22,696 bases of DNA from Nitrosopumilaceae archaeon (GTDB lineage Archaea; Thermoproteota; Nitrososphaeria; Nitrososphaerales; Nitrosopumilaceae): assembly GCA_050749225.1 (NCBI GenBank), contig JBOGQR010000009.1, positions 1 to 22,696 on the forward strand, in the 5' to 3' direction. The translations under genes were made by a program, and so were the position numbers. This document shows, one piece after another, positions 1-6,126 of the stretch. The number at the start of each line of letters is the position of its first letter. Positions within the stretch are counted from its first letter, which is position 1. Under the pieces are notes generated by a model. The model was not told where the DNA came from, did no database searches, and worked only from the letters and a program-made list of their open reading frames with translations.

Positions 1-867
1 GGTAACGACGTTAAACTGACAGAATATCTAAAAAATAAGATCAAGGTCAACACCCCACCAATTCAAGTAGCCCAGAATGGATGGAAGTTTTACGACTTTA
101 GTACGTACAGTAAAAATGATCAATCCTCACTTCTCAAAGAATCAAATAATAAAATATTTGCTTTATTTGGAATAAAACCTATTGTGTTTATTCCTCCACA
201 TGATAAAATTAATAATAACACACTTATCGCCATGCATGAGAACAACATTACTTTTCTTAGTACTAATATGCTAACATATCATACTGTTTATTCTTCTTCA
301 AGCACAATTCATCAATTTCCAATAACAGTGTCAACTGGCTATACTAGCACTAGTGATGGTACATCACACAGATTAACTAACAATGAGGTATTGAGCAACA
401 TAAAGAATAGCTTATACAATAATGGTTTTGCTGTAGTTGCAATTTCGTTTCAAGATTATGCTATAAAAAATGGAACTGTGACACAAAATAAGCCAGACCC
501 GCAACAGATTCAACAGCTTGCAACATTAATTGATCAAGTTAGAAGCAATGGATTGAAGATTGTAACTATAAGTGGAATATACAAAGAACAAATACCGATT
601 ATAATTCCATCATGGGTTAAAAACAATGCAGGATGGTGGGGAGGCGGTCAAATATCTGATTCAGATTTTATTAGTAGCATCCAATACATGATACAAAATC
701 ACATCATAATTATTAAAAATCTCCCTCAGTCTGGAGAATCAAGCGGTCAGGTCGTTCCCTCATGGATAAAGGATAATGCTAGAGGGTGGGCAGAAAACAA
801 GATTTCAGATAATGATTTTGTAAAAGGAGTAGAATTCCTAGTACAGCATGGAATGATCAGAACTTAA
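1..867 (+). CDS. Secreted deacetylase-fold-like protein (5' end cut by window edge) with two C-terminal W-rich ~36-aa repeats
   Basis: Frame 1 is open from nt 1 (GNDVKLTEYLKNKIKVNTPPIQVAQNGWKFYDF...), so the listed GTG at 184 is internal. 'FIPPHDKINNNTLIAMHENNITFLS' and 'AVVAISFQDY' resemble the NodB/DUF2334 polysaccharide-deacetylase fold, but the catalytic His residues are not evident. The family call is tentative. Confidence 0.6.
   Translation, partial: GNDVKLTEYLKNKIKVNTPPIQVAQNGWKFYDFSTYSKNDQSSLLKESNNKIFALFGIKPIVFIPPHDKINNNTLIAMHENNITFLSTNMLTYHTVYSSSSTIHQFPITVSTGYTSTSDGTSHRLTNNEVLSNIKNSLYNNGFAVVAISFQDYAIKNGTVTQNKPDPQQIQQLATLIDQVRSNGLKIVTISGIYKEQIPIIIPSWVKNNAGWWGGGQISDSDFISSIQYMIQNHIIIIKNLPQSGESSGQVVPSWIKDNARGWAENKISDNDFVKGVEFLVQHGMIRT
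604..858 (+). repeat. Two protein-level tandem copies of a Trp-rich module (IPSWVKNNAGWWGGGQISDSDFISSIQYMIQNHII / VPSWIKDNARGWAENKISDNDFVKGVEFLVQHGMI)
   Basis: Direct alignment of the two segments (about 604-711 and 754-858). Shared pattern: PSW-[VI]K-[ND]NA-x-GW-x5-ISD-x-DF-x3-[IV]-x-[YF]-[ML]-[IV]Q. Confidence 0.7.
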
Positions 868-885
868 AATTTATGTAAAACAATT

Positions 886-1194
886 CTATTTTTTTGGTCC
901 AACCATTTCGTCACTTTTGACGTTCTGATCCCATTTTCCACGAATTCCTTTTACAAGCACAAATACACCTCCTCCGATCAGACTCAATGATGAAATCAGA
1001 AAGAAAAACATATCTTGTGTTTTTTCTTCACAGTTTATTTTTATAGCATTACCGTCTGGTGTATAATCATAGCAAACATCAAACTGATCAGCTTGTACCA
1101 CATATTGTTGATAATGTGCACCTGCGATACTCCCTAAAAGGAAACCAGCAAACGCAAGAACTGAGCCTAATATTATAAGCCTAGTATCGCCCAC
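886..1194 (-). CDS. Small two-TM membrane protein, unknown function
   Basis: 102-aa ORF with a GTG start. Two hydrophobic helices (LIILGSVLAFAGFLLGSIAGA; FFFLISSLSLIGGGVFVLV) flank a loop carrying a Cys pair (CYDYTPDGNAIKINC). A TATA-like box lies about 25 nt upstream. Confidence 0.6.
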   Translation of the reverse strand: MGDTRLIILGSVLAFAGFLLGSIAGAHYQQYVVQADQFDVCYDYTPDGNAIKINCEEKTQDMFFFLISSLSLIGGGVFVLVKGIRGKWDQNVKSDEMVGPKK

Positions 1195-1213
1195 AAAGGT
1201 AATTTGTATCGTG

Positions 1214-1224
1214 TAATATTTAAT
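1214..1224. promoter_or_regulatory. Near-palindromic TATA-like box (TAATATTTAAT) in the divergent intergenic region
   Basis: Centred about 25 nt upstream of the GTG at 1194 (minus strand) and about 39 nt upstream of the ATG at 1258 (plus strand). It overlaps the first copy of a 13-bp direct repeat. Confidence 0.4.
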
Positions 1225-1257
1225 GTTGTAAGCATTTAATGTTGTAGAGGCATTTCT

Positions 1258-2538
1258 ATGGTATTTGGATGGGGAAAGAAAAAATCAACAAACGAGATAG
1301 TTGAATCAACAAAACATGAAAGGCAAATTTCCTTTTCAGATATCAATCCAGTTTTAAAGGAAAGCGAGTCCCAGTTACTTGGAAAAATACTTGAGCAGTC
1401 AAAATCTATAAGAGAGCAAATAGACATTGAACGAAAAAACATTATACAAACAATGTCATTGTTTGAAAATGATGATCTTAATGCAGAAGATGTTGACAAA
1501 TCACTCAAAGTATTAATAGAGCGTGGAAAAAAAGCAGTAATTTTGGGACTCAAGAGAGAAACTGCAGTAAATCTATCAAATCCAGAAACTTTTCCAAATT
1601 TAGCAAATTTAAATTTGCAAACAGGTCAGATGTTAAAAAGAATTGGAGATACTTTGGGAATAAATTCCCGTGTAATGCATGTTTTTGCTAGGAAATATGC
1701 AGACAAACTCAAAGAAGACCTTGCAGACATGACCAAAAACAAAAAATATCTACAGGCATTAGTTGACGAATACACTAATTTTGAAACAATATCTAAAAAC
1801 ATTTTAGAATCAATAGAAGAAATTATAAAATTAAAAAAAGAAACTGATGATAAAAATCACAGATTAATTGAGTTACAAAAAGAAATCGAGGATCATAAAA
1901 ATACAATTAATAATTTAGAACAAGACATACAAAACCTAAAATCAACAAAAGAATATCATGAGTTCCTAAATGTAAAAAAAGACATAGAATCACTAGTGCC
2001 AGAAAAAAATGCTATTAAAAATGAAATCAACTTACAATTTTCAAAAATATCAAGGCCTCTTGGCAAATATAGCTATATTTCCTCGCTTGAAAAGCCTCTT
2101 AAAATCACCATGGATCGTTTAATTGCAGAACCATCCGAAGTAATCACAAGTGAGAATAAGAACGCCATTATAGAAATATTACAGGCAACTGTAAAATCTG
2201 TTGTAGCTGGTAATGTCTCTGTCAAAGATTCACAAAAAGCGGCAGAACAAATCGAGGAGACAATAGGCAGATTAGATGAATTCATCAATCTAAAACACAG
2301 TCTAGCAAAAAAAATGAATGAATTTGAAAGCAAGTTTGTTGTTTTTAATATTAGAGATTTGGAAGAGAAGGAAAAAAAAGTGACACGAATTAAAGATAGC
2401 ATAATACAATCTGAATCATCTCTGAAAACTCTAGAAAAGGAGATTTCTGAGGAATTAAAACGTCCACCTCAAATTATTCATGAAGTTGAAACAAAGTTAA
2501 GTGAAATTTCCCGAACAAGAATAACTTTGAAAATTTAA
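1258..2538 (+). CDS. Coiled-coil protein, unknown function
   Basis: 426-aa ORF, K/E/L/I-rich with long heptad-like stretches (e.g. KNHRLIELQKEIEDHKNTINNLEQDIQNLKSTKEY). Basic N-terminus MVFGWGKKKS. No nucleotide-binding motifs seen. First gene of a closely spaced same-strand cluster. Confidence 0.8.
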   Translation: MVFGWGKKKSTNEIVESTKHERQISFSDINPVLKESESQLLGKILEQSKSIREQIDIERKNIIQTMSLFENDDLNAEDVDKSLKVLIERGKKAVILGLKRETAVNLSNPETFPNLANLNLQTGQMLKRIGDTLGINSRVMHVFARKYADKLKEDLADMTKNKKYLQALVDEYTNFETISKNILESIEEIIKLKKETDDKNHRLIELQKEIEDHKNTINNLEQDIQNLKSTKEYHEFLNVKKDIESLVPEKNAIKNEINLQFSKISRPLGKYSYISSLEKPLKITMDRLIAEPSEVITSENKNAIIEILQATVKSVVAGNVSVKDSQKAAEQIEETIGRLDEFINLKHSLAKKMNEFESKFVVFNIRDLEEKEKKVTRIKDSIIQSESSLKTLEKEISEELKRPPQIIHEVETKLSEISRTRITLKI

Positions 2539-2594
2539 GACATAGAATTTTATATTCTTTGAAGGTTAATTAGTTTGCATACCACGATAATCAT

Positions 2595-3008
2595 ATGATC
2601 TTCTTCAAAAAAGAAAAACTGCAACGAACCGTCACCATAACAAAAGATACTCGTGATGGCATCCTGACTTATTGTAAGCTCAACCATCCCAACGAGGGAA
2701 TTCTTATCTTGCGTGGAAAATCCAAAAAAGGAATCATATCTATAGACGGTTTGGTAATTCCACCTTTTTCACATCATGGGCCTACTTTTGCAGGATTTCC
2801 ACATTCGTTTTTGCCATTTGATCCAAGCTATGTTGGTACTGTTCATTCTCATCCATCAGGTGCTGCAAAACCATCAGTTACAGATCTGCATAATTTCTTT
2901 GGATTTGTTTCATTAATTGTCCAATCACCATATGAAGACGATGATATTTTTGCATATGATCGAGACGGAAATCTACTAGAAATCACAATAAGTCCAGACC
3001 AATTATGA
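2595..3008 (+). CDS. Minimal JAMM/MPN+ (Mov34/JAB) zinc metalloprotease
   Basis: 137 aa with a complete JAMM signature: Glu34 (HPNEGILILRG) and H84-S-H86-x7-S94-x2-D97 (VHSHPSGAAKPSVTDL). TATA-like GTTAATTAG is centred about 26 nt upstream of the ATG. Confidence 0.9.
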   Translation: MIFFKKEKLQRTVTITKDTRDGILTYCKLNHPNEGILILRGKSKKGIISIDGLVIPPFSHHGPTFAGFPHSFLPFDPSYVGTVHSHPSGAAKPSVTDLHNFFGFVSLIVQSPYEDDDIFAYDRDGNLLEITISPDQL

Positions 3009-3026
3009 CAAAAACTTATAAGCTTT

Positions 3027-3353
3027 TTGCAACAAGATGAAGTGTTGATTAATTACAAATCATATTTAATTTTCCTTTTCGCCTCTTTGGCTGTTAGCAT
3101 AGGACTACAAATGATCCTACCGTGGCCATTTGGATTGATGGCAGCCCTAGCTATCTTCATTGTATTTCCATTGTTCCTAAGAAATAGAGCATTAAAGAGA
3201 ATGGGCGGTGGATTTGGTGGCGACCAAGGCGGCGGTGGCGGATTTTTTGGACAAAGCCAAGGTGTAAAGTATATTTGCCTTACATGCAACAACAGGTACA
3301 AGGGTGGCTCTTGTCCAAGATGCGGCTCTAAGATGAAAAGAGCAGACTTTTAA
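3027..3353 (+). CDS. Two-TM membrane protein with poly-Gly linker and C-terminal zinc ribbon
   Basis: Contains two hydrophobic helices, a Gly-rich segment 'MGGGFGGDQGGGGGFFGQSQG', then CxxC-x10-CxxC (CLTCNNRYKGGSCPRCG). Start is uncertain: TTG 3027, GTG 3042 or TTG 3045. A CTTATAAG box at 3015-3022 sits about 25 nt upstream of 3042/3045. Confidence 0.7.
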   Translation: MQQDEVLINYKSYLIFLFASLAVSIGLQMILPWPFGLMAALAIFIVFPLFLRNRALKRMGGGFGGDQGGGGGFFGQSQGVKYICLTCNNRYKGGSCPRCGSKMKRADF

Positions 3354-3365
3354 AAGTACAATATC

Positions 3366-3695
3366 ATGACGCTTGAAGAACTACGGAAAAAGGCATTATT
3401 CCAAAATACAATAGATACTTGGATAATGCTGTGTGAAGAAACTAGAACAGATTGGTACTCGCCAGAAAATTACAAAAAATTCATTGCACATCTTACAAAA
3501 AGTGGTTTGAAGATGCAAAAATTTCCTCTTTGCATAAAGGAAACTGGCGGTATGTATCAGCGAGGAAAAGACAAGACACAATTTGCAGAATCTCTTGCTC
3601 AGGAAACAGATCCCAGTGCAGCTGCCTATACAATAAAGCTAAACGATGAAATAATAAAAATAATTAGGCAGTTCAATCCTACCGCTTTAGTCTAG
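3366..3695 (+). CDS. Hypothetical protein (109 aa)
   Basis: ATG-initiated ORF 12 nt after the preceding gene on the same strand. No motif recognised. Its 3' end overlaps the convergent permease gene by 17 nt. Confidence 0.6.
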   Translation: MTLEELRKKALFQNTIDTWIMLCEETRTDWYSPENYKKFIAHLTKSGLKMQKFPLCIKETGGMYQRGKDKTQFAESLAQETDPSAAAYTIKLNDEIIKIIRQFNPTALV

Positions 3696-5043
3696 GATTA
3701 ACTATTACATCCATTGCGTGTCCAATAAAGACAAATGCCAAACCTGTTACAGCAATCATGATTCCTGGTGGTAGAATCCACCACCAAAGACCTCTTGCTG
3801 CAGCACCATAGGTATTAGCATCATGTAGAATTTGTCCCCATGTTGGAAATGTAGGATCACCCAATCCCAAAAAGCTAAGACCTGCCTCAGTGGTGATTGC
3901 TGCTGGTACCGATATTGCAATACTAGCAAATGCATATGGTAAAAGTTGAGGAAGTATATGTTTGAATATGATTTTGTAGTCTTTTTGTCCCATTATTTTT
4001 GCAGCTTCCACATATTGTAATGTTTTAATCTGTAAAGCCATACTACGCGAAACCTTTGCAATACCTACCCATCCAAAGAGAACCAAAAATCCTACAATTA
4101 AGAAGATACTGTTGCCAATAGTTACTGCCAAAATTATCAAAAGGGGCAGGGCAGGCATGGCATAAATAACATCATTAAGGCGCATTAATGACTCGTCAGT
4201 CTTTTTTCCCTTGTAGCCAGCAAATACACCATATACTAATCCAATAACTACAGAACCAATTGCTACGGTTATGCCAATAAATAATGCAAGTGGAGTACCC
4301 CACAACAGCCCAACCGCCAAGTTTCGTCTAAGCTCATCAGTTCCCATCAAGCCATACACTTTTCCTCCTATGATGAGCTTAGAAGTTTCAAGGCTTGGTT
4401 TTGAATTAACACTATACAGATTCATCTTAAAAAAATAATGCCCGTTTAATACATTATTTTGTCCAGTCTTAGAAAAAACAATATTCTGTGCAAGTAGAGA
4501 ATCAACTGGAAACATAAAACTGTCTTTATTTTTTCTGATATTTTTTATCATAGAGTCGTCTGTTGAAAAAATAAACCCGTGATATGATGTCTCAGTTTTT
4601 GATTGCGGAAGTGATGTTGATATCAATTCCAGTTCTTTTCCATCTGGTCTTGTCACCCAAATTTGCAACAATGGGGATCCTGTATATTTTGCAGTATACT
4701 CGTAGATAAAATCACTTGGAAATTTATCATAGTTGTAATCAAGACCAAAAATACTACTAGTTAGAAATATGTTTCCAATATTTTGTGATATAGCTTGTGT
4801 ATTTTGTAAAATCATGTGCTCTGGCATTTTTTCTGCAAGAAAATAATTCACCCATGCAGGAAGAGCAGATTTTGGGAAAGTTAGCCAACTTGATGGATCA
4901 TTCCACTCCTTGAAATTCTCTACGGGAATGGTAAGAGCAGCTACTGCTGACATTGCAAAAAGGATTACAAGTATTCCTATTCCAGCTAGACCAATTTTAT
5001 TTTTTGAAAATTCACGCCAGACTTCTTTTGAAGAAAAACTCAT
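3679..5043 (-). CDS. ABC transporter permease, DppC/OppC type, with large extracytoplasmic insert
   Basis: EAA-loop region 'YVEAAKIMGQKDYKIIFKHILPQLLP' and C-terminal 'DVIVNPRLKR', typical of peptide/nickel ABC permeases. About 200 aa of non-membrane sequence follow TM1. 4-nt overlap with the upstream permease gene. Confidence 0.9.
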   Translation of the reverse strand: MSFSSKEVWREFSKNKIGLAGIGILVILFAMSAVAALTIPVENFKEWNDPSSWLTFPKSALPAWVNYFLAEKMPEHMILQNTQAISQNIGNIFLTSSIFGLDYNYDKFPSDFIYEYTAKYTGSPLLQIWVTRPDGKELELISTSLPQSKTETSYHGFIFSTDDSMIKNIRKNKDSFMFPVDSLLAQNIVFSKTGQNNVLNGHYFFKMNLYSVNSKPSLETSKLIIGGKVYGLMGTDELRRNLAVGLLWGTPLALFIGITVAIGSVVIGLVYGVFAGYKGKKTDESLMRLNDVIYAMPALPLLIILAVTIGNSIFLIVGFLVLFGWVGIAKVSRSMALQIKTLQYVEAAKIMGQKDYKIIFKHILPQLLPYAFASIAISVPAAITTEAGLSFLGLGDPTFPTWGQILHDANTYGAAARGLWWWILPPGIMIAVTGLAFVFIGHAMDVIVNPRLKR

Positions 5044-6092
5044 CCTTTTCTCACCCTTGGATCAAAATAACCATACAAAACATCTGCCAAGAATATACTT
5101 ACAAGGAAAAATGCGGTCAAGACATAGGTTTCACCTATTATTACAGGCAAATCAAGTACGTTGATTGCCTCATAGTACAGCCTTCCCATTCCTGGCCAAT
5201 CAAATACGGCCTCTGTAATTATCGCACCACCAAGCGAACCTGAGAGACTCAATGCAAGAACAGTAACAATTGGCGGTGCTGCATTTTTGAGTGCATGTGT
5301 ATAGATTATTTTTTTCTCACTAATACCTGCTGCTCTTTTTGCTATCACAAAATCTTCTTGCATAATTCCAACAATGAAATTCCTTACTAGATATGCCCAC
5401 GAGCCAAATCCTATCATCACTAGTGTGATTAGTGGAAGCGCCATGTTATACAATAGTGCACCAATGTACCCGGGATCTGTTACAGGAATTAACGGCGTTG
5501 CCCTTGCTGGAAAGATTTGATACACAAACGCAAATACAAAGATCATAAGCATGCCTATCCACCAGACTGGAAAGCTACTACTAATGATAGCAAAAGCCGA
5601 AGTTATCTTGTCTAGCTTTGAGTTTATCTTGCTTCCAGAAAGTGCACCAAGAAAAATTCCAATTAATGAAATTATTAGTGTAGCAGTTGTAAAAAGTAAA
5701 ATTGTTCTAGGTATCTTCTCAATTATGATATCTTTTACATCAGATGAACCAGTATCACTAGTAAGAAATTTTGCATGCCCAAAGTCAAGTGTTAGTATCT
5801 TGTACATTGAAAGTCCAAGTCTTGGAGGATAGTACCAAGGTTTGTCAAGTCCTAATGCGTCTGTTCTCTGTTTAATTTGATTTTCTACAAACGCATCAAG
5901 TTCTTGTGGATTTTTGAAACTTGCGACAAGGTGTTTGTTATCAGTAACTTGTTGTCGTATCTCTAGTGCTACACTTTGTTTTAAAATAGTATCCATGTTT
6001 GAGCCAACAAGTGCAATAGTAATCAACAGTGTAGCCATCAGCACACCAAACATCGTTACGGCTCGTTTTATGATGAATCGTGTAAAGCTCAT
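5040..6092 (-). CDS. ABC transporter permease, DppB/OppB type
   Basis: N-terminal 'FIIKRAVTMFGVLMATLLITIALV', multiple TM segments and C-terminal 'GYFDPRVRKG', typical of DppB/OppB-family permeases. Located between the SBP gene and the second permease gene. Confidence 0.9.
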   Translation of the reverse strand: MSFTRFIIKRAVTMFGVLMATLLITIALVGSNMDTILKQSVALEIRQQVTDNKHLVASFKNPQELDAFVENQIKQRTDALGLDKPWYYPPRLGLSMYKILTLDFGHAKFLTSDTGSSDVKDIIIEKIPRTILLFTTATLIISLIGIFLGALSGSKINSKLDKITSAFAIISSSFPVWWIGMLMIFVFAFVYQIFPARATPLIPVTDPGYIGALLYNMALPLITLVMIGFGSWAYLVRNFIVGIMQEDFVIAKRAAGISEKKIIYTHALKNAAPPIVTVLALSLSGSLGGAIITEAVFDWPGMGRLYYEAINVLDLPVIIGETYVLTAFFLVSIFLADVLYGYFDPRVRKG

Positions 6093-6126
6093 CTTTACAA
6101 GATAACTAATTGAGAGTTAATAACAT

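Noticed and set aside
1258-1300. ESCRT-III/PspA-like identity for the coiled-coil protein, based on the N-terminal MVFGWGKKK
   Set aside because: A short basic N-terminus is not diagnostic, and at 426 aa the protein is much longer than typical CdvB/ESCRT-III proteins. I mention it only as something a profile search could test.
3181-3250. G-rich DNA tract (ggcggtgg... repeats) as a possible G-quadruplex or regulatory element
   Set aside because: It lies inside an ORF and simply encodes the poly-Gly linker (GGN codons). The coding explanation is sufficient.
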